Shown piece by piece: positions 1-15,367 of a stretch of DNA of 64,000 nt. The notes below the pieces were generated by a model. The model saw nothing but the letters and a program-made list of their open reading frames with translations. It was not told the DNA's origin and did no database searches. The stretch lies in assembly GCF_009914755.1 (NCBI RefSeq), contig NC_060934.1; one strand, written 5' to 3'. Source of the DNA: the human T2T-CHM13v2.0 reference genome, Homo sapiens. Made by a program: the position numbers and the translations under genes. Position 1 is the stretch's first letter. Every line of letters starts with the position of its first letter.

Positions 1-2430
1 TATCAGATATAGAAATTTTGAGATTTGCTAATTCAAAGTACAAGAACACAGTAAATAGTAAGAGAATACATGAGCCTGTGAGTATATTAAATTCACTGGC
101 ATGTTTTTTCATCTATTTCCCTTTAGAATCTATTACAAAACCTAGAGAAATGTGACTCCTATGAACCACTGTTATGCAAAGGTGTGCCAGATTCATTGTG
201 TTTAGGGTAGAAAATATAGCTGGGAGTAAGAAAATAAAAAATAAAGATTTTAATTCCAAGAATGCCCCAAACTTAAGTAAATGATGTATTACCAAATTTT
301 TATTGCTGCATAAAATACCTCTTTGTGACAACCCAGTTTACAGGCAATTTCAGTGTTGACTATTAGAGAACTATTAAGCTGAGAAGGTCATGTAGCATAG
401 GGTAAACCTCATGACCTCATCTGTTAGAACATGTGTTGATACGATAGACCAAGGAAAAAATATGCTCTGAGTAAGAGGTAAGCATGCAGGATCAATTCAA
501 AATGGTCCCAGATGAAGATGCCTTCTGAGTATATGTCAGGGAAGTGAAGACAATGAATAGTTCCATGCAAGCAATTCAAGTGAGAAAGGGCAATGCGTAA
601 GGCAAAATAAATGAGATAAGAAGCAACTGTTGCCCTCAAAGAGCCTGGTAAGAGGAAGAATTTTTGTAAGTCTTGCTTATTTTTCATTAGAAAAAAAATT
701 TAGAGGCAAATCTTTTTATTTAGGCATATTATAAAAATATTTCTGTATCCTAACTATGAATGAGAAAATAAGCATAAACTCAAATTATAAAAAGATCCAA
801 CAGGCAAAAAGCTATGACATACAACATTTGTTTGAGGTTGATACTTGAAAAGAAATTACCCACAAGTTGTGGAGAAAATAAATAGAAATCTGTTTTTCTC
901 CACTGCTTTAAGAATCTATACTAATTTCAACTCTCTTAGACAAAATTTCACATAGGCCACGTGCATAAATATTTTTATGTTGCCATTATACCTTATATGG
1001 CAAGTAATTCCTGTATCCATACTAACTTTACTCTGTTGAGCTAAATACCTTTTTAGCAAAAAATAGAATGTATCAAAATCGTAAATGCTGACATTTATTG
1101 GGAAAATGGAATAAATTACATGCGCTATAATTCTCAAACCTGTTTAGTGCAAAATATCTTAAAAGATGAAAAAAGTTCAGAGAGAGCAATCACAAATGGA
1201 TAGAAAGGAAAATTCAAAATGATGTCAAGAAAAAACTGGAATATTAGCTCCAGGAGAGCAAAAACTTTTGTCTTTTATTTTTTAAACTACTCTCACCCTG
1301 GTACCCAGAATTTTGTTTGGACATAGTAAGCACTCAATAGATTTAGTGAATGAGTAAACACATTTTAAAACATCAAAAGTATTACCTGTATTACAGTGAA
1401 AAATACCTAATGACCTTCTACAATGTGCCATTCTTTATGCAAAGTACTTTATATATAACAGCCTGTATAATCACTGTTAAAACCACAGAGAAAGATAATC
1501 ATTTATTGATGAGAAATTAGAAGTTCAGATCTATTAAGAAAGTCATCCAAAGCCATGCTGACTTCAAAGTACAGACTCTTTACTTTAGGACATGGCATAA
1601 CCTCCAGAGGGTAATGATATTGAGAAAGCTTTGCCATTGGAAACACAATTTCATAGACAAGAAGAGAAGGTTATGTTCACATTACTTTTCATGCTTCACA
1701 TGGCAATAACATTCTGATCTTTAATGTTAGGATTTATAACTTTACACTAAATACTCCATGATCTGTTGTCTAAATGGTAACACCAAGAATCATCACTTTT
1801 CCTCTGTAATAAGATGTGCAGTGTCTTTGTGTGAAATATAGCTATATACATTGTATATCTTCTAGTTGAGAAAATTAATCATGCAATGTATCTGGAATAA
1901 GAAAAAAATACAGCAACAATAAAAATAGGACAATAAAATGAGTAATACGTTTAAATTTCTATTGCCAGAAAAATTGTTCAAAATAGAACTTATGAAAGAG
2001 AAATAGTGTAGCACAAAACAACAGCAGAGGAGAAATGATGAAAACAATGAGAGAAAGAGATAAATTAGTGAAATAAAGTTGAAAAAAGTTTCATTTTAAC
2101 ATCATTGCATTTTGTGAAAAAATTTTACACTTTTACATTAAAGAGTTTAAGCGTATACTAAATTGAATTTCTTACTTGATGCTTCTGCTTTAAATTATAT
2201 CAACGCTTAATTACCATTTAAAGCTTATTATTAGTTAATTTATATATCATTACTAATGTCAGCATCTTGTCAGGCATAAGAGTTAAATATAAATTTATAT
2301 TCCCCAGGTGAATGCAATTGATACAAGAAAAAAAAAAAGGAGTTCCTTTCTCTAAATGTATCACATAGTGATACAACTTTTTATACACTACAAATAGACT
2401 GGGTCAGAAGTTAAAAAAAGTAGTTTGTAG

Positions 2431-2732
<302 letters not shown>

Positions 2733-2994
2733 CTATCCACTATACACCTTTTTGTGTTCTTAATATAATATTCCCACTGAATACACAATCATATTTACTA
2801 ACGTCTATAACCATAAATGCTATATTTTAACATTATAGACTTAGTAGGGTTGTTACTTAAACAGAATACATGACAACATCTTCATGTTCTCTAATCTGCA
2901 GACACCTTTTCAGGCTTTTGCAAAATACGTAACTGTTTGGCTCAAAATTTATTACGAGTTCAAAAATATTTTTAAATACTGAATACAAACAGAG

Positions 2995-3912
2995 AGTATT
3001 GAAAAGCTATTTTAAATATTCAAGAGGACTGGAGAAAACTCCTCCATTAATTTTAATGATGAAATTAAAACTGAACCTATTAAAACTAAACCTATTAGTC
3101 ATCAAGAATGATGATTAAATGAAAGTATCAAACAGAATCTATGAGTCCATGCTAATAAGTGTTTAGATCAATTAATAAATGAGGGAGTAGAGGAAAAGCC
3201 TCCCATTTAGAAGAATTCCAATTAAATTACATAGACAGTCCACACTAAAGGAGGGAAAGCATAAATCCTTACATCTTAAGTGTGCCCTGGTGTAAGAAAC
3301 TTCTTTCCTAAGAGTACAGTATGGGAAGGGGGAAGAACAGTGACATCACAGTTGAGAAATCCGACAAGTCCTATTTCATCCAGGAGATCAAGGTCAAATT
3401 TAATAGTCATAAATTACATTGGTAGTATGTACCATTGATACAATGTGAGGAAAATAACAAATTCCCTCTGTAATATACCTCCCCCAAGCACTAGTCTTAT
3501 CAATAGGAAAAGCACCAACAAATCCCAACACATGGTATGTATTCTACAATATCTGACTAGCATGCCTCAATACTGTCAAGGTCATCAAAAACAAAGTCCA
3601 AGAAATTGTCATAGCCATGAGAAGCCCAAAGAGTTAGGACAACTAAATGTAACATAGTGTCCTGGTGCCACCTTGGTATAGATAGAAGACATTACATAAA
3701 AACTTAGGAAATATGAATAAACTATGAATTTCAGTTAATAATAACGCATCAATATTTATTATCTAATTTTACCAAATATACCATGCTAATGGAAAAATGT
3801 TACTAATAGGTGAACCTGTATGCTGGGGTCATACGGGGATTTTCTGTACAATCTCCTCTATTTTTCTGTAAATCTAATTTTTTTCTATTAAAATGTCTAT
3901 TAATAAAAATAA
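2995..3912 (+). mobile_element. Old L1 (L1MC/L1MD-like) 3' region
   Basis: Ends ggggattttctgtacaatctcctctatttttctgtaaatctaa...aataaaaat, typical of L1MC/MD 3' termini; boundaries approximate. Confidence 0.7.
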
Positions 3913-5299
3913 CTTAACCAAAGAGTCTAAATATGAATGTGATTATATGCAGGTCTGAAGGGCATAACAGCATGAGAGCATAGAGAGAATGCAAATTACA
4001 CAGTCCAGAGGATTTGACAAGAAGTCTTCTTGCTTTGCAATAAGCTGCTTGGGCACACTTAGATAAGTCATTTAAGCCTCTTTTCCCTGGTTTGCTATGA
4101 AATGAATGAACAGGACTACAAGAGTTCTGAGGCCCCACTGAGCTCTGTTGTCCGTTGATTTACCTACAAAATGATGTCACCCTCAAAGAGATTACAATCT
4201 ACTTGAGAAAGTAAACTTGCTAACATTGAAACAAATCAAAACATATTTAGGAACATAGTTCAAGGCTGGGATCATATTCTATGTAGTTCATATTCTCAGG
4301 ATTTCAGAGAAACTAAGCAGCATTATGAAATACTTAAGAAGTAAGCGAGACTTAAGGACCATTTTGAAAAATTGGAAAATATGAATGAAGAAGTGAAGGA
4401 CACCCCATATCCCAAATAATTGGAATCTGACTCTTACAGCAAATTCTCCTTTTGCTTCAGTTTTAGGTTCTGAATGGGGTAAAATATTCCTTCAAATCCC
4501 TCTATGCTTTATTATCACATATAGCATGAAACCCAAGTGCCTTACATGGTGTATCCCACCTTCCTTGACATTGTCCTTGTTAGTTTTCCAAACCCATGTC
4601 ATGCCACTTGTAAAGTGATCTGCATTAGCACAGTCCTGAGCTGTCTTTAGTTTCCTGCACAGACTATAGTTTTAGTTTGAAACCTAAATAGTGTTCTGTG
4701 CCAGGACAGGACTCTGTCTGGGAAAGAAGTGTAAAACTTTTGGACTTGGTTTGGAAATGCTCGTTCATTTTAATTCCTCAGTTTGTTTTGATTATCTGAG
4801 CCTGCAGAAATGATGCACCCAACATTTCTCTCAATCATTCAAATGATTTAAAACAGATGAAATTTTTGTATATAATATATCAGATTTCAGTGAGTTGTTA
4901 ACTTCTGTATAGGAGCCAACAGGAATTTTAAAAATCTGTTGTTAAACACTAATAATAATCAAAGTTGCAAGACACTTCATGTTGAGAACTACAAAGACAC
5001 AGCCATAGATAAAGTTAACAGCGACCTGGTGTCACTGCTCACTCCAGGGTGTAAGCTTATTGAATAGAATGGCAGGCATGCTTGACAGCAGAGTACGCAA
5101 TGCCTTTTTTTTTTTTTTTAAATCTCCCACTCTTTTTCTATTTTATCAAGCATACATAATTAAATTTGTTAAGTGAAAGGATGCTTAAAACACTTGCAGG
5201 GATGTTTCTCAGGAACATCCTGAGATTTTTTTTTTTTTCAAAAATTAGTGACTTTAAGGAAACCAGCATCCTTTGCAAACTCACCAAATTAGTGTGTGC

Positions 5300-5610
5300 G
5301 TCACCAAGATAGACCATATTTTCTTATGGGTGGGATGCTAGCATGCAACCTGGGATCCCAAAATGTGATATATTTACAGGAAACATCATCACAAAATGCC
5401 ATGAGAAAGCAGACTGTGTACAGAATCCATTCTGCTAAAGGTGGCATCAGAGCATCCATCTTTGGGAAGTAGTTGTGACAAAGTTTCTAGAATCCAGTGC
5501 CTGAGGGTCAGCAGTCCAGCTCTGGTGTCTGTATCCCTCAACAGTATTTCTTCCTGCATAAGCCAGTTAGGGTGAAATCTGTTCTTTGCAACTCAGAGCA
5601 CTGATAGACA
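5300..5610 (+). mobile_element. MLT1-type MaLR LTR fragment
   Basis: 3' end taagccagttagggtgaaatctgttctttgcaactcagagcactgatagaca resembles the MLT1 terminus. Confidence 0.5.
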
Positions 5611-5718
5611 ATCCTTCTTTTCTTCTGGTGATACGTTTCTCTAATTCTTTAGCAAATACCTTTTTGTCTGTAGTTCTCAATTTTTGGTTCCCTCCTTAAC
5701 TGAAAGTAAAAACTAATA

Positions 5719-5930
5719 CTCTGTTGTCCAGTATTGTAGTCTAAACACATATGTATCTATTTACATTAAATTAGTTCAAATTGAATAAAATTAAAAATTT
5801 ACTTCTTCAGTCATCCTGAACGCATTTTAACGGCTTAATAGCAACATGAGCTACCAGCAACAACATCAAACAATGCAGATACAGAAACATTTCCATTACT
5901 GAAGAAAGTTCTATCAGAAAGAGCTGCTCT
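5719..5930 (-). mobile_element. MER3 (hAT-Charlie) DNA transposon
   Basis: Reverse match to MER3: aacatttccattactgaagaaagttctatcag and AT-rich core aataaaattaaaaatttacttcttcagtc. Confidence 0.75.
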
Positions 5931-8230
5931 AAGGCATAGAAAATTTGACTAGGGCATATGTTTCTGCATCTACATCAGAGAATCCCCTTTTAATGAGTTA
6001 ACTGATTCTGTTAATGGTTTCAAATTATGACCTTGATACCATGACATATTACATTCATCTTTCACTCTATTATTCATTTTGATTTTGCAAGTAAGTTTAC
6101 AAATGATCAGATTAGATTCAGAGCTCATTTTGTTAGAATAACAAAAATTTAATCTCATTACTACTCATTCCTAAACATTGAAGTTTTCCTCCCAGTTACC
6201 TTCTCATGAATGATATTAAACTCCAGAGTAAAATCTGAAGGCTGACACTAACAGAGCCATCCTTTTCAGAAAGTACATCCAACTATGTTAAAGTGTTCAT
6301 TTTAGTTCAACGATACCTGAAATGCAGGCTGTGAGGTGGACATTTAGGATATGTACCTGCCTAGCATACATTTCCCATCCTTTTACTAAGAGTACTCCAA
6401 TTTTTGAAGTCTCCCCTAGTATACAAAGTCTTGGTACTTCTGTCAGTCAAGTTATTTTCTCACTCTCCCCTGGCCTTGTGCTTGACTTAGGAAACAATTA
6501 ACCAATTGGATTATGCTGTAGAAACTTACAAGGAGGGAAATTAAATGAAGTTACTTAATCTCAACGAAATTACCCAAATATATGCTCATGAGTTCCCCTT
6601 CACTAGACCCCCAGAGCTGCCCTTATTTTGTCCTTCCTGAGTTTTGATTGTTCAAAATTTACTTTGCATATGTGTCCTCCTGCAAGATTTTAATGATAAT
6701 TTTTAGATTTTGCTTTTAGAATAGCCAGTTGGCTTTTGCAAAAGTATTAGATGATATCAATGTGCCCATATTTTTACCTACTTGGGAACTTTTTCAAATT
6801 ACATCTGTTCTTGATATTCTGAAATGCCACGCTTACCCCTTTCTTATCTGTCTTGGTAGCCTACCACACTATTGACACACTCATCATGAACCAGATAGGT
6901 ACTTTGAATTCATCTGCCTGAGAATAATTTAACCTTCATGGTCTATTTCTGCCAAAATACTGCTTTAATACCCCCAATATTTGTTAACTCTATTTGAAGT
7001 TAAATTTCTATCTGTTTGTGCTTTGAGAGATGTTGGCAAAGAGAAAGGAGGAAAATAAACTATTTTAGATAGGCCTAGCCTTGTCAAATGTGTTGGAGAC
7101 TTTATAGAAATCATGTTGTCAAAGTGATCAATTTAAAGAAAAACATACTTATGTCTTCTTATTTTCTGTATCAGGATGTAACTGAATATCTTTTGGTTAG
7201 ACATTTGATCATATGTTATTTTCCCAAACCATCATTTCAAGGTTATTATCATAAGACAAATCACTCTAAAATCTAATAGTTCAAGCCAGTCAGAATTGAG
7301 TGATGAAAATATACAGCTTTATTTATAAGTACATTTTATCATTAGGCTTGAATTGGTTCAGACGTCATGAAAAATTTTGCATGCTAGTAGTAATTCCTCA
7401 AACTCCAAAGGGATTAGAGTTTAACAAAATTGCCAATCCAAAAAAAACACCAAGCAAACAGACATTTATTTTAATAAGTACAAATTACACATAATTATAA
7501 ATATTCCTTATACTAATATTTAAACTCAGCAGACAGAGGACAGGTTGAGGTTTGATTTATATTCACACTTCCGTCTTAAAATTTTCAAAAGACATCTTTT
7601 ATTTGCTTACACATGAAGAATGATCAGTATCACTATCTGAATATAAATTAATAAGTGAAAGTATCTGTATATGTAAATTCAGGCAAACTCAGGCTTAAAA
7701 ATCTACCTTATTGTACCACATTGCAAAATAGAAAGGATTGTAATTCTTTATAAGTATTCGGTGGAATTAAGTGCAATGCAAAACATGCTATGAATGTCAG
7801 CTGTTATATGGAAAACATCTACCAGAAAAGCCACCCATGAGTCCACTCAGATAATAATTTTTCCTCTTGTCTGTTTTATAAGCTGTTGAGGAATATATAA
7901 AAGAAATGGAAATTTACAAATTTCAAATAAATGAAACATACATATTTTTATAGCTATATAATATTACATACATTTAAATAGTTACTTGTATTTTATTGGC
8001 TCTTCGGCTACATTCCAAAACTTAAGCAAGTTAATTTAGGAAGAGCCATTAAATGCACGTTCTCAGGCATATTTTCCTACTTGTAATGTTCATGTTCAAA
8101 CATATTTTTCAATATGTAAAAGTAAAGTCTTTGTAAAATAAATAATTTAAGACATTCCTTGTATTATAACTGCATTCAGAATGTATAATACAATTATGGC
8201 TTGGAAAAATCACCTTAAAATTTTGTCTTA

Positions 8231-9045
8231 TCTTTTTGTTGTGCAGAAGCTCCACTCAAAAGAAGACATACATGCGTCCAACAAACATATGAAAAAAAGC
8301 TCAACATCACTGATCATTAGATAAATGCAAATCAAAACCACAATGAGATAACATCTCATTCCAGTCGGAATGGCTCTTACTAAACGTTCAAAGAAACAAC
8401 AGATGCTGGTGAGGTTGTGGAGGAAAGGGAAAGCTTTTACACTGTTGGTGGGAGTGTAAATTATTTCAACCATTGTGGAAGACAGGGTGGCGATTCCTCA
8501 GAGACCTAGAGGCAGAAATACCATTTGACTCAGAAATCTTGTTACTGGGTATATACCCAAAGGAATATAAATCATTCTACTATAAAGACACATGCATGCA
8601 TATGTTAATTGCAGCCATATTCACAATAGCAAAGACATTGAATCAACATAAATGACTATCAATGATAGACTGGAGAAGGAAAATGTGGTACATAAATACC
8701 ATAGAATACTATGCAGCATAAAAAGGAATGAGATCATGACCTTTGAAGGGACGTGGATGGAGCTGGAAGCCATTATCCTCAGCAAACTATCATAGGAACA
8801 GAAAAGCAAGCATTTAAAGTGGGAGCTGAATTATGAGAACACACGGACACATGGGGAACAACACATACTGGGGCCTGTCCAAGGGGTGGGGGGCAGGGAG
8901 AACATCAGGAAGAATAGCTAATGGATGCTAGGCTTAATACCTAGGTGATGGTATGCATCTCTGCAGCAAACCACCATGGCACACATTTACCTATGTAACA
9001 AACCTGCATATGCTGCACATGTACCCCGAACTTAAAAGCTGAAGA
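8231..9045 (+). mobile_element. Older L1PA (about L1PA13-16) 3' fragment with short inverted 5' piece
   Basis: Degenerate ORF2 C-terminus (ORF 8473-8655) and 3'UTR ...ggaagaatagctaatggatgctaggcttaatacctaggtgatgg...gaacttaaaag; 8231-8252 is antisense L1 sequence. Confidence 0.9.
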
Positions 9046-9755
9046 CTTTTTTTTTTCTTAGAGGGAGAAACTAGATCTAAATGAGTCATAAAATACAAAT
9101 GAATACAAATGCTTAATTCTCCTAATACGTCATTTTTAATAAATTAAAACTATGCTTATCAGTTCATGTGGGATTGTCTAAAAATTATAAATGAAAGATT
9201 TAAATTCTCTACCTTCACAAATCAGGTACAGCTAGCATTGATGTCATTGAGATTTGGCTGATGGTACATCATTAGATTCTATAATTAATCACCAACACCT
9301 GCAGATGCATTCTCAACATGAAATTACTTTTGATATCACATGGAGAAGGAGAGATCTCACTAAATCTTTTAACTATGAGTACTTTGGAGGTAACAGAGAT
9401 GATTGTCATCTTGTCACACTGAGACATGTTGATTCTAGCACTTTTGGATTCTTCCATGAATATGTTAAACCATTACCAATAGGTCAATAACCTGCCCTTT
9501 TCACCCCTGACTAGAAACACTATTTTAAAAGAGTTCTTATTGATTTTTTTCTAGCTGTTTTTATTTTTCTCACTTTCTAAAATACCAAGAAAATATCATT
9601 CAATGCTGCAAAAATAACCTAAAGAAAAAAAATCTAGGAGCATCATACAATAAAAATGAACTGATTTCTTATGAAGTCAGCTTCAAAACTGTGTAAGGCC
9701 CAATTCTTATCTCTGACAATCTGTTACTTAACATTTGCTGCTTAACACTTCATAA

Positions 9756-10098
<343 letters not shown>

Positions 10099-11114
10099 AC
10101 TTCATAGTCTTATAAATAATTTACTGTAATACTCATTAAGGGCAGTAAAACAATCAGCAGTTACTACACACTGACAGATTCAAGTATAGAGTGAATGAGA
10201 TACTATGTATCTACTATATCTTGAAACTAAAACATAAATAAGTGTCACAAATTTAAAATATACATTTAAAAAAGAATAGACACACACACAAGCACACATA
10301 CATACAATCACATACACATCCAAACACAGGCGTATTGTTATACATGCATATAAATTAATATTAAATAAAACTTATGTTTTAACAAACTCTGTATACTTAA
10401 ATTCACCAGTGGTTAGTTATCCCAGGCAGTATTACCTACTAAGCCTTAGGGACCATTATTTTCATTTAAATTCCAGTAGTAGGTAAAACCTAAATGTCAA
10501 AACTTAGCACAATGTTTAATGAGTGGATAAATATTAGAAACCACGTCTCCTGAAATCTTAGGTAAGTCATTATTAGGGGCTTACTACTTTCAGTACCTGA
10601 CATTTACTCCTTTTTTTCATATTAGTTTTATTTTTTATTAAATGTCCTCCTGCCTTGAAGATAATCTATTTAATAAAGAAGAAAAAAAAGTGCTTTTTTA
10701 CTTTGAGGTTTACTTGAACATAAGCATCACCTTTGTAATTCCACACAAGCGTCACCTTTGTAATTTGTCCTTTAAGACAATTAGACTGTTTTATATCAAT
10801 GTATTATTAAACTTGATTGCACTTATGCAGGACATATTATAAAAGAATTATGAGGGAAGTACACAGATGCTGTTAGAGTCTACTAAAAAATAGATTATTT
10901 ACTATTGGAAACCCAAAGGAGAGAATGCCTCAAAAATGTGGTAATAAATACCTGTGGGAAAATCTTAAGTTGAAGAATAATCCTGGACATAATTTTATTT
11001 ACTATTGTTATTATATCTTTATCCTAACGAGATTAATGACTGATGTTTTCACTGCAATTTCAGTTAATAGGAACTCTATACAATGAAATTGCTTGATCAA
11101 CTGATAGTTTTTTA

Positions 11115-12080
<966 letters not shown>

Positions 12081-12576
12081 ATCATTTTAATTTAAGGAGG
12101 TATTCATCAAACTGGTTGATAAAATTAACTAGTCCCAGCTTAAGATATCTGGGATCTAGAAGCACTGTTTATATACTTTGCATGAGACACAGTTCTAACC
12201 ATACAATTAAAAAAAAAAAAGATTCCAAGCAGTTCATACCTGTAGCCTCAGACTTAAGCTTACCCTCTAATTAGTTAAACATTAGGGCAATGATTTTCTG
12301 CCTGTATTTTATAAAATGTCTTCATGCTGGTGGTAGAGTGAATGTGGAGGAAAAGAACATATTTAAGTGGAGGCCATTCATGATATAAGATACCATGGAA
12401 AGCTTGAGTTTTCAGTTTAGGCTACAGAAAATGCAAATAAATAAATTAAACAGTTGGTTTAAAATATTACTACAAGTAGGATTTTCCCCTGAAGGAAGGC
12501 TTGGTTTTGTCATGTTTTATGCTCGGTTTGTTAGGTTTTATTGTTGGCTTCATATGTCTCTTGCTGATGGGAGTAT

Positions 12577-12586
12577 GTGACGTCAC
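12577..12586. promoter_or_regulatory. Perfect CRE (GTGACGTCAC)
   Basis: Full palindromic CREB/ATF site with intact CpG; function untested. Confidence 0.35.
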
Positions 12587-14920
12587 CACACGGCATAGAG
12601 AGGACCAAGAAGCTGTCCCAGTATCATAACAGAAGGAGACTGGAGGCAATGTGAGAAATAAAAATGCAGAGTTAAGAGGAGGTTTATACAAAGAAAGAAC
12701 TAGGGAGTGCGAAGAAGAGACATAATTTAAAAGAAATGTTTTCTTTTATTATGGAAAAATATGCTGTTTATAGTATAATGTGAATCCTCTTCTCATTATT
12801 TTTACTCAAACTTCATTAAAATATCAATTTCTGGTTGATGCGTTGTGCTTTTTAAGAGATACCACGAAAGAGGACTTAGGTGGTTATTCTGGAATATGGG
12901 TATTTACGATGAGTAAGGTGACTATTTTCATGCAATCATTTCAGAATCAGCACTGTGAGCTGTCCTGCCTTAAGACAATCGTTGCGCACATCTATACAAT
13001 ACTATCTATTTCACTCCACCACCATACCAATCATCGAGCGCTGGCTGCTCAGCAGGGTGCGGATGTGTACTTGACCATAGCCATAGTGGTTCTCTTGAGA
13101 TGCAGACAGTTTCTACACTAAAAATGAGTTGACGTTTAGGAGAAAGAAAGAACAATCTTGGTGGTATCCATTTGAAAAAGGGAAGCGGAACTTCAAGGAA
13201 ATATTGGCACAAAAACTAAGACTGCTTACAAGAGGATTACCTCATCTGGGTTAGAGGAGGATTTCAAGGATATGAGGCGCTCTCATCACAATAAAGCAGA
13301 CATTCCCAACAGTCACAGAAGCAGGCAAATGAAAGATGATGTAAACTTATATAAGACTTGAGTTGCTTCATCTTAAGCATCCATCCAATTTCAGTACATG
13401 GGTTCTTTTGCTGTTTCAAAGTTCTTTTTTTTTCTTTTAGTACTGTACATTTCCATATAAACTTTCATTCAGAGTTTTTACTTTTAAATAATTTCTGTAG
13501 CTGCCTTTTGTACTTATTTGAAGAATAATTGAAAAGAAAAAAATTGAGAAAATTAAAACAGATTTCTTTTTGCCAAAAGAAAGTATTGGTAATTTATAGC
13601 AAAGCTGGAAACGAGGGCCTCTTAAGAGTTTTCCAAAGTATGTCAGCTAGTAGCATGGGGTTTTAGATCTTTTCTTTACTGCAATCAATCCTGCTGGAAA
13701 TATGAAGTCAGTTCAGAAGATCAGTAGAGTTGAGCTAGCAAAAGAATAAAAATCCTGAAAGGAGTTATTAATTATGTGCATACTGTGTGCAGACAGAATC
13801 AGAAGATACTGGCCAAGACATTATGAAACAAGGAAGAATTCACGAGAAACTTTGAAATTGCCATATGCAAGATGCAAGTTCCCTTTACCCAATTTTGCAC
13901 TCATCTTCTGATGCTAGAAAAGCAAATGAGAATGTTGCTAACACAAATGTTATGTATTTGCACTGATCGAGATGGGTGAGTTCAACAAGGGAATCCAGTC
14001 TCAGTGTGGATTACTGATAAATGTCCTTGCTTTTGTGCTAGCCTAAATTTCTAGTGTTGAGAGACACATTTTGTGTAGATTCCCTATTTATATTACATTA
14101 ACTAAGTATCTTGAGGATATGATGATTTCAGTAAATGTCATTCACACAATCCATCAATAGTCCCGGGGTGGAGGGGCGTTATCAGCTATTGTTTCTCTGA
14201 ATAAGTATTATCAAACATTGCTTTTCTGCTATACAGAAGCACTATGGAATGAAACCACAAAGTCTGTAGACAATGTTTTTGCACACTGTAAAAATTTTAT
14301 AAAGTCAGGTTTCATTTAATTTACACTTTTGTTTCTGGTTAGTGTTTTTACTATAATTTGGGAATAATGTACAGTGGTAAATCATTGTGAAGTAACACTG
14401 CATTCTCCTTAAAATTGGGATGTATTCAGGCATATTAATTATTTCAGGATTCATTAAATATAATTCTAAAAGAGTTTCTCTTTAAATATTTATCTACTCT
14501 TGACTGGTCGTATTGAATCTCACATTCATTACTAAAATAAATTTAAGAGGCCTTGATAATTGCAGACCAAATATATAGTTACAATTGTCGCTATTTATAA
14601 AGAGGTTCAAGAACTCTAACCTATAATTCACATTAAGTTGAGGCATCAAAGAAAAAAATACACAAAAAAGGCATGTTGGCAGTGATGGTGGTACTACCAA
14701 AGGTAGAGTTGGGTTTCATTCCTTTCCTGTTCCAGCCTATCTATTGCTTTTAAATAACTTATGCTGCTCGTGTGTGAAGGGATTTCTCCTTTTACTCACA
14801 TATTTACAACCTCTAATTCAGGAGAGAGATTAGAGATAGAGAATCTAATACCCTTTTAAGTTGCAGGACTATAAAAACAAAATAGGCCTCACTCCACTTT
14901 TCTAAGGCAAGATTCTAGGA

Positions 14921-15022
14921 AAGGATAAATATATTCATGAGTCAAAATCCACTACAATGAAATAAGTAACCAAGGGTAAATATATTCATGAGTCAAAATC
15001 CACTACAATGAAGTAAGTAACC
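14921..15022 (+). repeat. 51-bp tandem duplication, each copy with TGAGTCA
   Basis: aagg(a/g)taaatatattcatgagtcaaaatccactacaatgaa(a/g)taagtaacc twice. Confidence 0.95.
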
Positions 15023-15135
15023 TAGGTTACTGACCAGAACTCTGCATTGAGGATAAAGCCAAATTCTTTATAACCTCAACTCTGTCAGAGTTGGTAGTAA
15101 TCAGGACTAGGATTCAGTAATAAGCACTTTTATTT

Positions 15136-15153
15136 AATATATATATTTATCTG

Positions 15154-15185
<32 letters not shown>

Positions 15186-15367
15186 TATATACACACACAT
15201 ATGTGTATATATATATACACACATATATGTGTGTATATATATACACACATATATATGTATATATATACACACATATATGTGTGTATATATATATACACAC
15301 ATATATGTGTGTATATATATATACACACATATATGTGTGTATATATATATACACACACATATATATA
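15136..15367. repeat. Compound TA/CA/TG minisatellite (~28-bp palindromic unit)
   Basis: Repeats of tatatatatacacacatatatgtgtgta. Confidence 0.95.

Noticed and set aside
6330-6750. Possible old MLT1 fragment; similar faint L2/MIR/L1M/MLT1 relics near 1.3-1.6, 4.0, 26.3, 27.9-29.2, 39.0, 50.3, 53.2 and 59.4 kb
   Set aside because: Too diverged to delimit or classify by eye
10722-10765. Short local duplications (also ~3064-3096, 31626-31653, 52951-52985, 56028-56060)
   Set aside because: Ordinary slippage duplications with no further structure
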